Shown piece after piece: positions 50,467 to 61,932 of a stretch of DNA of 64,000 nucleotides. A program made the position numbers and the translations under genes. The stretch spans positions 64,001-128,000 of the forward strand of contig CAVVHE010000008.1 of assembly GCA_963748015.1 (NCBI GenBank), written 5' to 3'. This DNA comes from Terriglobia bacterium. Lineage in GTDB: Bacteria; Acidobacteriota; Polarisedimenticolia; Polarisedimenticolales; JAIQFR01. The notes beneath the pieces were generated by a model. The model made no database searches, was not told where the DNA came from, and saw only the letters and a list, made by a program, of their open reading frames with translations. Every line of letters starts with the position of its first letter. Position 1 is the first letter of the stretch.

Positions 50467-51684
50467 TCACTCCTCGCGCAGCGCCTCGACCGGGTCGAGG
50501 CGGGCGGCGCGCGCCGCGGGGAGCCACCCCGCGAGCACGCCGGAGAGGGTCGAGACCGCGAGACCGGCGAGTACCAACCCCGGCGTCACCCTCGCTGGGA
50601 AGGGGGTCATCCCCTCGACGGCCTTTGAAACGGCCCAGCCGAGCAGGACGCCCAGGACCCCGCCGAGGAAGCTCAGCGCGGCGGCCTCGAAGAGGAACTG
50701 TCGCCTCAGGTCCCGGCGCCGCGCGCCGATCGCCTTGCGGATCCCGATCTCGTGGGTCCGCTCCATGACCGAGGCGAACATCGTGTTCGCGATCGCGACG
50801 CCTCCCACGACGAGGGAGATGGACGAGATCCAGATCACGAGGGCGAACCCCGCGAAGGTCAGCTGCTTCCAGAACGCGTTGAGCGCCTCGGCGTCCACCA
50901 CGCCGAACGGGTCCGGGTCGCGGAAGCCGGTCCCGCGCCGCGCGCGGAACGCGACCCGGGCCTCCTCGAGGACGGCGTCGCGGGAGGCGGCATCGGGCGC
51001 CTCGAGGAACACGTCGACGCTCTCGATCTTGCCGAACGCCTTCTGGTAGGCGCCGAGGGGGACGAGGACGAACTTGTCCTGGCTCTGCCCGAACGCTTTC
51101 CCTTGCTTCGCGGTCAGGCCGATCACGCGGAACGGCTTCCCCTGCACGGTGACCATCCTCCCGATCGGGTCCACGTGCGGGAACAACTCGTCCCTGACGT
51201 CGGTGCCGATGACCGCGACCGCGCGCGACGCTCGCGCCTCCCCGTCGGTGAAGTACCGCCCGTCGTCGAGCTCGAGCCCGATCATCCAGGGGAACTCGGG
51301 TCCGGCTCCCAGCACGATCGCGTCGGGAAGCCGCCGCCCCTCGGCGTACACCGCCTTGGCGCCGAACACCCGGCCGGTCACCCGCGCAGCGCTCGGGACG
51401 AGACGCCTCACGGCCTCGACGTCCTCCCAGGTGATGTCCTTGCGCTTGGCCGCCTGGAGGAACGCCTCGCGGCTCGTGATGATGCCGAACTTCGAGAGGA
51501 TGAACGTGTTGGGGCCGAGCTGGCCGATCACGTTGGCCGCGTACTCGTTGAGGCCGGACACCACCGAGATCACCGCGACGATCGTCGTGACCGCGATGAT
51601 GATCCCGAGCAGGTTGAGGAACGACCGGAGCTTGTGGGCCACGATGGCCCCGAAGGACATCCGGGCGACCTCGAGGACGATCAT
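50467..51684 (-). CDS. MacB/FtsX-type ABC transporter permease
   Basis: 'KLRSFLNLLGIII', 'ERTHEIGIRKAIGA', 'AARLDPVEALREE'. Confidence 0.92.
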   Translation of the reverse strand: MIVLEVARMSFGAIVAHKLRSFLNLLGIIIAVTTIVAVISVVSGLNEYAANVIGQLGPNTFILSKFGIITSREAFLQAAKRKDITWEDVEAVRRLVPSAARVTGRVFGAKAVYAEGRRLPDAIVLGAGPEFPWMIGLELDDGRYFTDGEARASRAVAVIGTDVRDELFPHVDPIGRMVTVQGKPFRVIGLTAKQGKAFGQSQDKFVLVPLGAYQKAFGKIESVDVFLEAPDAASRDAVLEEARVAFRARRGTGFRDPDPFGVVDAEALNAFWKQLTFAGFALVIWISSISLVVGGVAIANTMFASVMERTHEIGIRKAIGARRRDLRRQFLFEAAALSFLGGVLGVLLGWAVSKAVEGMTPFPARVTPGLVLAGLAVSTLSGVLAGWLPAARAARLDPVEALREE

Positions 51685-51686
51685 GT

Positions 51687-52967
51687 CTACGACTCCGCGC
51701 GCTCGGAGTTGTCCACGACGACCTTCGCGTCGGGCTTCAGGTCGCGAAGCGCCTTGAACGGCCCGACGATCACCTCGTCTCCCGCTGCGAGCCCGGCGAC
51801 CACCTCGAGATCGAGCTCTCCCTTGATCCCGGTGGTCACCGGCTTGAACACCGCCTTCCCGTCGCGGACGATGTAGACCCCCTCCACGTCGCGGGTCCTC
51901 GAGGCGACCGTCGCGACCTCGTCGGCCTTGCTCCGGCTCTCGACCCCTTCCTCGGCCTTGGGCGGCGCGCCCTTTCCCTCGTCCTCGCTTCGCAGGATCA
52001 GCGCCCCGATCGGCACGGTCATCACGCCCTTCCTCGTGTCGGTCGTGATGTCGGCGGTGACCGTCAGGCCCGGCCGGATTCCCGCGGGGTGCGACGTGAG
52101 CGCGGCCTTGACCTCGTAGTCGGTGCCGGTCGCCGCCTGGCCGAGGGACGTGGTCCCGCGGATCGGGCTGGAGCCGATCTCGGAAACGACCGCCGGGAAC
52201 GGCTTGTCGGGGAACGCATCGATCAGCACCGACGCGGGCTGGCCGAGGCGCAGGAGCGGCACGTCGGTCTGGTCCACCTCGAGGACGGCCTCGACGGTCG
52301 ACATGTCGGAGATCGTCATGAGCACGGTGCCGGGGTTGTTCATCGTGCCGGTGACGACCACCTCGCCCTGCTCGACGTTCCGGCGCGTGACGATCCCGTC
52401 CATGGGGGCGCGGATCTCGGTCTTCTCTAGGGCGTCGTGGGTCGAGGACAGCTCCGCGCGGGCCTGCGTCACCTGGCGCTCGGCGCGGTTCACCGCCGCC
52501 GTCGACTGCTCGTGAACGCTCTTGGCCCGGTCGTAGTCCGCGGTCGCCAGGATCCCGCCGCGGTACTGCGCATCGGCCCGGTCGAGGTCCCGCTTCGCCT
52601 GGGCGGCGACCTCCCGAACCCGAACGAGCTCGGCCTCGAGCGATTCGAACGACGACCGGCTCGAGTCCACCGCGGCGCGGTAGCGCACCTGGTCGATCAC
52701 CAGGAGGAGGTCCCCCTTCTTCACCGCGTCCCCCTCGCGGACCAGGAGCTTGGTGATCTGCCCCATGATGTTCGCGGAGAGGTCCACCTTGGTTCGGGCC
52801 TGGATCGACCCGTTCGCGGTGACCAGCGAGACCAGATCCTTCTTCTCGACCTTCGCCGTGCGGACCCGGATCCCCTCCGGCTTCCGCTTCTGCATCATCA
52901 GGCCGGCGACTGCGAGAACCACCACGGCGGCTCCGACTCCAATCGCGATCTTCGTTCCCTTCTTCAT
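51687..52967 (-). CDS. MacA/YknX-like periplasmic adaptor
   Basis: 'VREGDAVKKGDLL', 'IRAPMDGIVT', 'GEVVVTGTMNNPGT', 'IRPGLTVTADI'. Confidence 0.9.
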   Translation of the reverse strand: MKKGTKIAIGVGAAVVVLAVAGLMMQKRKPEGIRVRTAKVEKKDLVSLVTANGSIQARTKVDLSANIMGQITKLLVREGDAVKKGDLLLVIDQVRYRAAVDSSRSSFESLEAELVRVREVAAQAKRDLDRADAQYRGGILATADYDRAKSVHEQSTAAVNRAERQVTQARAELSSTHDALEKTEIRAPMDGIVTRRNVEQGEVVVTGTMNNPGTVLMTISDMSTVEAVLEVDQTDVPLLRLGQPASVLIDAFPDKPFPAVVSEIGSSPIRGTTSLGQAATGTDYEVKAALTSHPAGIRPGLTVTADITTDTRKGVMTVPIGALILRSEDEGKGAPPKAEEGVESRSKADEVATVASRTRDVEGVYIVRDGKAVFKPVTTGIKGELDLEVVAGLAAGDEVIVGPFKALRDLKPDAKVVVDNSERAES

Positions 52968-53217
52968 CGACCGAACCCCCCGGAGCGTCCGGCGCGGTAG
53001 AGCGGCCGGACGTAGGCCTCCATCCTGCCTTAGTTACGTCTTTTCGGGCGGGCGGTTATCGGAGGGCAGGCCGCGGGAAGGTCGGCCGGGGGGGGGACGG
53101 GTGGACCCCGCGGGTCGTGGCTCGCAAGCCGGAAATGGCGGACGCCCCGGGAAGGGGACCTCCCCGGGGCGACGGTCCCGGCCTATTCCGCCGTTCCGGC
53201 CGGTTCGGGGCGGAGCG

Positions 53218-53805
53218 CTACTCCTCGACGCCGGTGACGTGGAGGGCAGGGCGCGGCGAGCCGGCACCGCCCTCGGAGGGCACGCTCACGCAGCCGGGGA
53301 AGCAGTCGGCGCAGAGATCGCCCTGGCCTTCCGTGACGACGTCGCACGGCGAGAAGCCCGGGCAGGTCCCGGAGCCGTAACCGTAGTGGCGGGCCTCGAT
53401 GCTGTCGAAGTGAGTGCCGGTGAACGACAGCGTGGACGTCGTCTGCACCTGCAAGGTGCAGTCGCCGTACACCAAGGTGTCGGTCCGCGCCTGCGTCAGG
53501 ACGTTTCCGCTCTGCTGGGAGGCGAACGTGTTGCACATTCCCCCGAGGAGCGTCTGGGTCAGCTCGAGGCCGTTCCCGCCCGGCGACAGGCGGATGTTGC
53601 CCGAGGCCGCCGCCGGAGCGCCCATCCCGCAGGTGTCCGTCGTTACCTTCGAGATCAGGGTGTAGTCGCCGGCGAGGGTCGCCGGTGACGGTCCGACGAT
53701 CTTGCCGCTCCCGCTCTCGCTGCCGCTGCAGCCGGAGAGCGCGACCGTAAGGCCGAAAACGACGAGCATGCCGAGGATGACTTTCGAGCCGTTCTTCGCG
53801 CGCAT
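53218..53805 (-). CDS. Hypothetical Cys-rich lipoprotein
   Basis: RBS GGGAGG, lipobox 'LSGC', and several Cys including 'TCPGFSPC...LCADCFPGC'. Confidence 0.65.
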   Translation of the reverse strand: MRAKNGSKVILGMLVVFGLTVALSGCSGSESGSGKIVGPSPATLAGDYTLISKVTTDTCGMGAPAAASGNIRLSPGGNGLELTQTLLGGMCNTFASQQSGNVLTQARTDTLVYGDCTLQVQTTSTLSFTGTHFDSIEARHYGYGSGTCPGFSPCDVVTEGQGDLCADCFPGCVSVPSEGGAGSPRPALHVTGVEE

Positions 53806-54058
53806 CTGTTGCCTCCCGTGGCCGGTGACGACCGTGTAATAGCGCGGTGGTCCTCGGGAAAACATAGGCAGCGAAAATCGTGATGCAAGTCGAAGAGGCA
53901 TGCGGAGGACGACGAAGTTGCACTTCGGCGGTCGAGGAACCATGTTTGGAGTGAGACGGCGCGCTCGCGTGCTCTCAGTGTGCGCGCGGTGACGAAGGTG
54001 TCACTTGTCCTGCGCCAGCAGCCGCCGCGAGCCGCTTCCCGATGGCCGGGGACGGCCG

Positions 54059-55742
54059 TCACCTCGCCTGGCGGGCCAGAACCCGGTCCACCGTGTCGCG
54101 CACCTCGCCGGCCAGCTCGTGCGCGCGGCCGAGGAGCCGCTCCTGCTCCGCGAGCAGCTCGCCGCCGACCTCGAGATCCGTCAAGTTCGGCACGTTGATC
54201 CGGACGTTCAGCGACGCCCCCTCCGCCGCGGCGAGGGCGCACGCGCCCGCGACACCCGCGTCCGAGACGGAGTTCGGGTTGCCGTCCCTCGCGACGACGA
54301 GGGCCAGCTCGAGGGCGCGGACGGAGCGCTCGACGACCTCGAGCGGCACGCGGGCCGCGCCCTGGTTCGCCTTCTCGACCGCGGCCGCTCGGATCGCGGT
54401 CTCCTCCGGCGTCTTCTTGGGGAGGCGCATCGCGGCCAACACGGCGTTGAACGCGTCGGTGTCGCGGTCCACCGCCTCGAGGAACCAGTCCTTGAGCCTC
54501 TGCCCCTCGACGCCGGTCTCCTTCATCGCGGGGCGCGCGGACTCCATCCCGGCCTTGGACCAGGTGAGCGCGGCGACCATGCTCGACAGCGCCGCGGAGA
54601 GAGAGCCCGCGAGCGCGGCGACGCTGCCGCCGCCGGGGGCGGGGGAGTCGCTCGACAGCTCGTCGGCGAACTCGGTCAGGCGCATGGCCTTGAGCCCCTT
54701 CGGCGCGCCTCGGTAGCGGTACTCGATGATCTTCTGCTGGGCGTCGAACGGGGCGAGCTCCGCGAGGCCGAGGGAGAGGATGGCGGCGTGGACGCGCTCC
54801 TTCTCGGGGACGCCGGTCGTCTTCCCCTGCTTCGCGAGGTAGTGGTCCCCCGCCGCGAGGATCGCCTCGAGCGGGATCAGCCCGACCAGCTCGCTCCCCG
54901 TCACGCGCAGCCCGACCTTCGCCGCCTCGTCGCAGGCGGCGTCGAACACCTGGTGGATCGGGGTGATCTTGTGGTTCGTGAAGTTGATCGAGATCTGCGC
55001 CCGGCCGTACTCCTCGATGTACCAGCCGACGGCGCGGCACTCCTTGAAGCGGCCGGGGAGGTTGACCGTCTTCCCGTCCGCGTCCTTCACGATCTTCCCG
55101 TCCGGCCCGCGCTTGGGCTTCCCGGCCTCGCGCAGCTCCTGCGCGACCGCGTGCGCGAGCTTCTTGTCCCGCGTGTTGAGGTTGAAGTTGTAGGCGATCA
55201 GGAACTCGCGGGCGCCGATGACCGTGGCGCCGCTGCGCTCGTTGAAGACCGCGGGGCCGAAGTCCGGGGCGAAGTCCGGGTCCTTCATCTTCTCCGGGAG
55301 CGCCTCGTATTCCCCCTTCCTGATGTCGGCGAGCGACCGGCGCGAGGGGCGCGTGGCGGCCGCCTCGTAGAGGTACGCCGGGATCCCGAGCTCCTCCCCG
55401 ACGCGCTTCCCGAGCTTGCGGGCGACCTCGACGCAGTCCTCCATCGTCGCGCCCTGGACCGGCACGAACGGGCAGACGTCGGTCGCGCCCATGCGCGGGT
55501 GCTCTCCCCGGTGCTTCGACATGTCGATGAGCTGCGCCGCCCTGCGGATCGCGCGGAACGCCGCCTCCTCGACCGCCGCGGGAGGGCCGATGAACGTGAC
55601 GACCGTGCGATTCGTCGCCGCGCCGGGGTCCACGTCGAGGAGCAACGGCGCCCTCGGTCCCCGAGATCTCGGCGGTGATCGCCTCGATGACCGCCCGGTT
55701 CCGCCCCTCGCTGAAGTTGGGAACGCACTCGATGAGCTTCAT
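54059..55742 (-). CDS. ftcd: Glutamate formimidoyltransferase / formiminotetrahydrofolate cyclodeaminase (frameshift at ~55650)
   Basis: 'MKLIECVPNFSEGR', 'HPRMGATDVCPFVP', 'GSELVGLIP', 'PAPGGGSVAAL', 'NPNSVSDAGV'. Confidence 0.92.
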
Positions 55743-55844
55743 GGATTCTCCCGCGCGAAACGCGGCAGCCGCCGCGACAAGTGGGGATTCTAGCGCGGGC
55801 GCGCCGTGCCGCGCAGCCCCCGTACGTGCCCGTCGCCGTCGCCA

Positions 55845-55992
55845 CCAGGCCGGAGCGGGACCTACCCTCCAGGGCGCGCTCGCCGTTGCGCGTTCTCGCC
55901 GCGCCGGCTCGCTCCGTTCCTGCCGCGCCTGCAAGGGAATTGCAGGCGCGGCATCCACAGGGCCCTGGAGGGTAGGTCCCGCTCCGGCCTGG
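55845..55992. repeat. Palindromic intergenic element, family A, copy 2
   Basis: Perfect 31-bp inverted arms (55845-55875 / 55962-55992). The core is homologous to copy 1, in reverse orientation. Confidence 0.85.
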
Positions 55993-56098
55993 CGGAGGTG
56001 TGCCTAGTTGGGTGGAATCGCGCGACGAGAGCGCCGTCGTTGACATCGCGAGCCGGGGTGGGACAGACTCCGAGGCATCTCAGGGCGGGGGTGCCACG

Positions 56099-57184
56099 TT
56101 GGCCTCGGAGGGGCAGGGCGCGCCGGCGACACGCGAGGAGGCGCAGGCGCGCGCGGACCGAATCCGCGCGTTTCGCGAGGAGTTGCGGGACCTCGAGGCG
56201 AACGGGATCGCGGCGCTCCCCGGGGAGCTGGCCGCGCGGATCCGCGGCCACCACGACGAGCTGCTCGCGGCGCTTTCCGGGCGATTCGACGTGGACCGCA
56301 CCGACGCCGAGAAGCAGCTCTCGATCGGCATGCGGATCGCGTCCCTCCTCGGCGCCGTCGCGCTCTCGTTCGCGGTGTTCTTCTTCTTTTACCGGTTCTG
56401 GGGGGCGATACCGGCCGCGGCTCAGGTCGGGCTGCTCCTCGCGGCGCCGGTCGTCGCGGTCCTCGGAACGGAGCTCGCGGCCCGAAAGGAACGGACCCTC
56501 TACGTCGCGGCGATCGCCGCGTTGGTCGCGACCGCCGCCTTCGGCTTGACCCTCGTGACCTTCGGCGACCTGTTCAACATCTCGCCGTCGCCCGACGCTT
56601 TCCTGGCCTGGGGGATCTTCGCGGGCCTGCTCGCGTACGCCTACGGGTTGACGCCGCTGCTCTTCTTGGCGATCGTCGCGGTCACCGCGTTCCTATCCGG
56701 ACGGTTGGGGAGCTGGAACGGAAGCTACTGGGGGTACTTCCTCCAGCAGCCCGAGAACTTGCTCCTCCCCGGGGTATTGTTGCTCGGGATCCCGGCGGCG
56801 GCGCGACACCGCGCGCTTCCCGCTTTCCCGCCGCTCTACCGGGCCACCGGTCTCCTCGCGATCTTCGTTCCCGTCCTGGTGCTCGCGAGCGCCGGGGAGC
56901 TGAGCCGGCTCGATCTCGCGCCGAAGACGGTGGAGGTGCTCTACCAGTTGACCGGGTTCGTGCTCGGGGCGGCCGCGGCCTGGCTCGGTGTGCGACACCG
57001 ATGGCGCGAGACGAGCGTCCTCGGAACGTTGTTCCTGGTCGTGCTCCTCTACGTGAAGTTCTTCGATTGGTGGTGGGACTGGATGCCGAAGTGGCTGTTC
57101 TTCCTGGTCCTCGGCGGAGTGGCCGTCGGTATCCTCCTGCTGCTGCGGCGCCTCCAGGCCGCGATCAGGGGGGGCGCGCGATGA
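56099..57184 (+). CDS. DUF2157-like membrane protein (start uncertain, 56000-56099)
   Basis: 'AQARADRIRAFREEL', 'MRIASLLGA', 'YVKFFDWWWDWMPKWLFFL', many TM segments. Confidence 0.75.
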   Translation: MASEGQGAPATREEAQARADRIRAFREELRDLEANGIAALPGELAARIRGHHDELLAALSGRFDVDRTDAEKQLSIGMRIASLLGAVALSFAVFFFFYRFWGAIPAAAQVGLLLAAPVVAVLGTELAARKERTLYVAAIAALVATAAFGLTLVTFGDLFNISPSPDAFLAWGIFAGLLAYAYGLTPLLFLAIVAVTAFLSGRLGSWNGSYWGYFLQQPENLLLPGVLLLGIPAAARHRALPAFPPLYRATGLLAIFVPVLVLASAGELSRLDLAPKTVEVLYQLTGFVLGAAAAWLGVRHRWRETSVLGTLFLVVLLYVKFFDWWWDWMPKWLFFLVLGGVAVGILLLLRRLQAAIRGGAR

Positions 57185-58119
57185 GGCGCTGGGGGCCGAT
57201 CCTTGCGATCGCGTGCGTGCTGCTCGTGGGCGCGATCACCCTCGCCGGCGTGGCGCGCAACCGCGCCGGCGCGCCGGACGCCGATGTCTGGCTCACCGAG
57301 CGGGAGCTGTCCCTTCCCCGATGGCTGCCGGAAGAGAACACCGGGCTCTCGCTACGCATCGAATGGTCCGGTCCGGGCGGAGCGGCCGACGAGGATGGGG
57401 CGTGGCTCGATCGCGCCAAGCTCGAGATCCTCGGCTTCGATTGCCGCTTCCCGGTCGAGGCGTCTACGGCGCAGGAGCACTACTCGCGCATGCTTCCCCG
57501 CGAGGCCGTTCTCGTTCTCGAGTTCGACGGGGAGGCCGCGAAGCGCTGGGTCGCGGGGAGGGAGCGTCAGCATGATGAGCTGATGGCGAGGATCGCCGAA
57601 GAAACCGACGCCGCCGCCCGCGAAAAACGGGCCGCCGACGCGCGGAAGGCCGTCGAATCCGCGAGGGAATCGGCCACGCGCCTCTTCGTCGTGGACGCCG
57701 GCCTCGACGCCGCCGACCTGCGACGCCGGTATCCCGATCGATCGAGGTACGTCCTGGCGAAGGGAATCGTGCGGATCGCCGCCGACCCTGCCGGCGCGGA
57801 GAAGGTCGCCAAGCCGGCGCGTCTCCACGGCCGGGTGAGCGTGCTCCTCGTCTCCGCGATCCAGGTTCCCCGCGACCAGCGCTCGCTTCTCGACCCGCTC
57901 GTCGCGAGCGACCGCAAGGCCCGGGAGGCCGCCAAGCCCGAAACCACCCCCGGTGTCCCGCAGCAGCGGCTCGGCGCGAATCCCCACCCGCCCCGCTACC
58001 GCGTCCGCGTCCGCTGGGGCCACCGCCTCGAGCCCTGGATCGTCGCCGTCGAGCCGCTCGGACCTTCGGAGACGCGTCGAAGCCCCGGCCACGAGGGAGG
58101 TCGCGGGACGGACCGCTGA
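57181..58119 (+). CDS. DUF4824-like protein
   Basis: ATGA overlap with the upstream gene. '[10 protein letters not shown]...LTEREL...ENTGLSL', '[10 protein letters not shown]', 'GHRLEPWI'. Confidence 0.7.
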   Translation: MRRWGPILAIACVLLVGAITLAGVARNRAGAPDADVWLTERELSLPRWLPEENTGLSLRIEWSGPGGAADEDGAWLDRAKLEILGFDCRFPVEASTAQEHYSRMLPREAVLVLEFDGEAAKRWVAGRERQHDELMARIAEETDAAAREKRAADARKAVESARESATRLFVVDAGLDAADLRRRYPDRSRYVLAKGIVRIAADPAGAEKVAKPARLHGRVSVLLVSAIQVPRDQRSLLDPLVASDRKAREAAKPETTPGVPQQRLGANPHPPRYRVRVRWGHRLEPWIVAVEPLGPSETRRSPGHEGGRGTDR

Positions 58120-58219
58120 ATCGGGACGGTCCGTCGTTCGCGAGTCCTTGCCCGTGCGACCGGTCCGAGAGAGACTGTACCCCGCAAACGAAACCACGAC
58201 AGCGCGAGGAGGTCGGACC

Positions 58220-59290
58220 GTGAGCGTGCTCTTCTCTCCCCTGAAGCTTAGGAACGTCACCTTCCGCAACCGGATCTTCGTTTCCCCGATGTGCCAGTAC
58301 TCGAGCCACGACGGCTTCCCGACCGACTGGCACCTGGTGCACCTCGGCAGCCGCGCCGTGGGAGGGGCGGGCCTGGTCATGGTCGAGGCGACCGCGGTCG
58401 CGCCCTGGGGGCGGATCAGTCCCGTGGACTCGGGGCTCTGGTCGGAGGCGCACGGAGAGTCCTTCTCGTCGCTCGCGAGCTTCGTGAAGAGCCAGGGGGC
58501 GGTGCCGGGGATCCAGCTCGCCCACGCCGGTCGCAAGGCCTCGACCCGCGCGCCGTGGCGCGGGACCGGGCAGGCCACGGAGGCCGAGGGAGGGTGGCGG
58601 CCGGTCGCGCCGAGCCCCCTCCCGTTCGACGAGGGAGACGTCGCGCCGAAGGAGCTGACGGTCGAGGACATCGCGTCGCTCGTCGAGCGCTTCTCGGACG
58701 CGGCCCGCTTCGCGCGCCTCGGCGGCTTCGAGGTCGTCGAGATCCACATGGCGCACGGCTACCTCCTGCACCAGTTCCTGTCGCCGCTCACGAACCGCAG
58801 GACCGACGCGTACGGCGGCAGCCTCGAGAACCGGATGCGCATACCGCTCTCGGTGGCGAAGGCGGTGCGCGAGGCCTGGCCGGCGCACCTGCCGCTGTTC
58901 GTGCGGATCTCGGCGACCGACTGGGTGGAAGGGGGCTGGGACCTCGGGCAGGCCGTCGAGCTCTGCCGGCGGCTCAAGGCGCTCGGCGTCGATCTCGTGG
59001 ACTGCTCGAGCGGCGGCGCCGTGCCGCACGCGAAGGTCCCGGTGGGCCCCGGCTACCAGGTGAGGTTCGCGGAGGCGATCCGGAAGGAAGCGGGCATCGC
59101 GACCGGCGCGGTCGGGCTCATCACGGAGCCCGCGCAGGCCGAGGAGATCGTCGCGAAGGGCTCGGCCGACGCGGTCCTCCTCGGGCGGCAGCTCCTGCGC
59201 GACCCCTACTGGCCGCTCCACGCCGCCGAGGCGCTCGGCGTGAAGCCGGACTACTGGCCGCCGCAGTACGCTCGCGCGAAGCCCGAGTAG
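58220..59290 (+). CDS. NADH:flavin oxidoreductase, old yellow enzyme of YqjM/NamA type
   Basis: '[12 protein letters not shown]', '[10 protein letters not shown]', '[14 protein letters not shown]', 'WPPQYAR'. Confidence 0.92.
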   Translation: MSVLFSPLKLRNVTFRNRIFVSPMCQYSSHDGFPTDWHLVHLGSRAVGGAGLVMVEATAVAPWGRISPVDSGLWSEAHGESFSSLASFVKSQGAVPGIQLAHAGRKASTRAPWRGTGQATEAEGGWRPVAPSPLPFDEGDVAPKELTVEDIASLVERFSDAARFARLGGFEVVEIHMAHGYLLHQFLSPLTNRRTDAYGGSLENRMRIPLSVAKAVREAWPAHLPLFVRISATDWVEGGWDLGQAVELCRRLKALGVDLVDCSSGGAVPHAKVPVGPGYQVRFAEAIRKEAGIATGAVGLITEPAQAEEIVAKGSADAVLLGRQLLRDPYWPLHAAEALGVKPDYWPPQYARAKPE

Positions 59291-59310
59291 CCACGATTCG
59301 ATTCGATCGA

Positions 59311-59340
59311 TTGACAGCGCGGAACCCGTGTTCCTATGCT
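59311..59340 (+). promoter_or_regulatory. Putative sigma-70 promoter of glgP
   Basis: TTGACA-N18-TATGCT, 26 nt upstream of ATG 59367. Confidence 0.6.
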
Positions 59341-59366
59341 GGGCGCCACGCCCCGCGGAGGTGCCC

Positions 59367-61928
59367 ATGCGCCCGGTGAAAACGTTTCACGTCCGGCCCG
59401 CCCTTCCCGACCGGTTCCTGGCCCTCGAGGAGGTCGCCTACAACCTCAGGTGGTCGTGGGACCACGAGACGATCAGCCTCTTCCGGCGGCTCGACCGCGA
59501 TCTCTGGGAGGAGAGCGGCCACAACCCCGTGCTGATGCTCGGCGCGATCCCGCAGGAGCGCCTCCGGGAAGCGGCCCTGGACGAGGCGTTCCTGGCGCAC
59601 CTGGATCGCGTGTCCGAGTCGCTGGCGGAGTACGTCAGCGGCGCGGGGACCTGGCACCGGAAGAAGTTCGGGCCGTGCGAGACGCCGTCGGTCGCTTACT
59701 TCTCGATGGAGTTCGGCCTGACCGAGAGCCTTCCGATCTACTCGGGGGGGCTCGGCATCCTCGCGGGGGACCACCTCAAGTCGGCCAGCGAGCTGGGCCT
59801 GCCCCTGATCGGCGTCGGCCTCCTCTACCAGCGGGGCTACTTCCGGCAGTACCTGACCTCGGAGGGCTGGCAGCAGGAGCGCAACCCGGTCAATGACTTC
59901 TCCGTCATGGCGGTGCGGCCCTTCCACGCGGACGGCAACCGGCCGGTGCGGGTGACCGTGGATCTCGGGGGGAGGCAGCTCACGCTGAGGCCGTGGCGGG
60001 CGCAGGTGGGCCGGGTCACCCTGCTGCTCCTCGACGCGAACATCGCCGAGAACCCTCCCGACCTCCAGCAGGTGACCGCCGAGCTCTACGGCGGCGACGG
60101 CGAGATGCGGATCCGGCAGGAGATCGTGCTGGGGATCGGCGGGGTTCGCGCGCTGCTCGCGCTGGGACTGCGGCCCCGCGTGTTCCACATGAACGAGGGG
60201 CACTGCGCGTTCCTCGGCCTCGAGCGGATCCGCGTCCTGATGAAGGAGCAGGGCCTCGCCTATCGCGAGGCGCTGGAGCTGGTGGCGGCGAGCGGCGTGT
60301 TCACCACCCACACGCCGGTCCCGGCCGGCATCGACGTGTTCGGGGCCGACCTGATGGAGCGCTACCTCGGCGGGTTCAGGCAGGAGCTCGGCCTCGACCG
60401 CGAGCCGTTCCTCGACCTCGGCCGGATCCATCCCGGAAAGCGCGACGAGACGTTCAACATGGCCGTTCTCGCGATCCGCACTTCGGGCTCGGCCAACGGC
60501 GTCAGCCGCCTGCACGGCGCGGTGTCGCGGGCGATGTTCCAGGACGTGTGGCCCGGTGTTCCCGTGGACGAGGTGCCGATCACGCACGTCACCAACGGGG
60601 TCCACTCGCAGTCGTGGATCTCCGACGAGATGCGGAACCTGTACGACAGGTACCTCGGGCCCCGCTGGGCCCAGGAGCCGGGCGACACGGGCGTCTGGGC
60701 GCGCGGCGAGCAGATCCCGGGCGAGGAGCTCTGGCGGACCCACGAGCGCCGGCGCGAGCGCCTGGTCGCGTTCGCGCGACGGCGTCTGGCGGCGCAGCTC
60801 AAGGCGCGCGGGGCGGGGATGTCCGAGATCGCGCAGGCCGACGAGGTGCTCGATCCCGAGGCCCTGACGATCGGCTTCGCGCGGCGGTTCGCGACCTACA
60901 AGCGCGGGACGCTTCTCCTCCGCGACCCGGCGCGGCTCGAGCGGATCCTCACCGCGGCGGGGCGGCCGGTCCAGATCCTCTTCGCCGGAAAGGCCCACCC
61001 GAAGGACGAGCCCGGGAAGCAGCTGATCCGCGAGATCGTCCAGTTCGCGAAGCGGCCCGAGATCCGGCGCCACGTCGTCTTCCTCGAGGATTACGACCAG
61101 GTGGTCGCCCGCTACCTCGTGCAGGGCGTCGACGTCTGGCTGAACACGCCGCGCCGTCCGATGGAGGCGAGCGGCACCAGCGGGATGAAGGCGGCCTTCA
61201 ACGGCGCGCTCAACCTCAGCGTCCCCGACGGCTGGTGGGACGAGGCGTGCTCGCAGCGCACCGGCTGGGCGATCGGCAAGGGCGAGAGCTACGACGACCT
61301 CGACTACCAGGACCGGGTGGAGGCGGGAGCCCTCTACGATCTCCTCGAGACCGAGGTCGTCCCGCTGTTCTACACCCGCGGCGCGGACCACCTGCCGCGA
61401 GGGTGGATCTCGCTGATGAAGACCGCCATGGGCGACCTCTGCCCGGTCTTCAACACGAACCGGATGGTCCACCAGTACGTGATCTCGTCGTACTGTCCCG
61501 CGCAGGATCGGCGCGGCAAGCTGGAGCAGGACGGGTACCGGCGCGCGCGCGAGCTGGCGCACTGGAAGGAGCGGGTGCGCCAGGCGTGGGGGGCGGTCCG
61601 CGTCCTGCGCGTGGAGGTCGCGCTTCCCGAGGAGACGCTGGTCGGAACGGAGTTCGAGGTCAAGGCGTGGATCGAGACCGGCCCGCTCGCGCCGGCCGAC
61701 CTCTCGGTCCAGGTCTACATGGGAAAGCTCCGCGAGCGGCGGGACATCGTGGAGCCCGAGGCGATCGAGATGATCCCGGGGGACGGCGACCCGGCGGGCG
61801 GCCGCGTGTTCTCCGTCCGCATCCCGTGCAAGACCAGCGGCACGCAGGGGCTGACCGTCCGCGTCCTCCCGCGCCACGAGGACCTCGGCCAGGTCCACGA
61901 GACCGGGCTGATCGCCTGGGCGGGATGA
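59367..61928 (+). CDS. glgP: Alpha-glucan (glycogen) phosphorylase
   Basis: 'AYFSMEFG', '[11 protein letters not shown]', 'HMNEGH', '[10 protein letters not shown]', and PLP-site 'EASGTSGMK'. Confidence 0.95.
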   Translation: MRPVKTFHVRPALPDRFLALEEVAYNLRWSWDHETISLFRRLDRDLWEESGHNPVLMLGAIPQERLREAALDEAFLAHLDRVSESLAEYVSGAGTWHRKKFGPCETPSVAYFSMEFGLTESLPIYSGGLGILAGDHLKSASELGLPLIGVGLLYQRGYFRQYLTSEGWQQERNPVNDFSVMAVRPFHADGNRPVRVTVDLGGRQLTLRPWRAQVGRVTLLLLDANIAENPPDLQQVTAELYGGDGEMRIRQEIVLGIGGVRALLALGLRPRVFHMNEGHCAFLGLERIRVLMKEQGLAYREALELVAASGVFTTHTPVPAGIDVFGADLMERYLGGFRQELGLDREPFLDLGRIHPGKRDETFNMAVLAIRTSGSANGVSRLHGAVSRAMFQDVWPGVPVDEVPITHVTNGVHSQSWISDEMRNLYDRYLGPRWAQEPGDTGVWARGEQIPGEELWRTHERRRERLVAFARRRLAAQLKARGAGMSEIAQADEVLDPEALTIGFARRFATYKRGTLLLRDPARLERILTAAGRPVQILFAGKAHPKDEPGKQLIREIVQFAKRPEIRRHVVFLEDYDQVVARYLVQGVDVWLNTPRRPMEASGTSGMKAAFNGALNLSVPDGWWDEACSQRTGWAIGKGESYDDLDYQDRVEAGALYDLLETEVVPLFYTRGADHLPRGWISLMKTAMGDLCPVFNTNRMVHQYVISSYCPAQDRRGKLEQDGYRRARELAHWKERVRQAWGAVRVLRVEVALPEETLVGTEFEVKAWIETGPLAPADLSVQVYMGKLRERRDIVEPEAIEMIPGDGDPAGGRVFSVRIPCKTSGTQGLTVRVLPRHEDLGQVHETGLIAWAG

Positions 61929-61932
61929 GGAT

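Noticed and set aside
54059..55742. Fused eukaryote-like FTCD as a novelty
   Set aside because: Bifunctional formiminotransferase-cyclodeaminases are already known in bacteria, and the 5' frameshift is probably a sequencing error.
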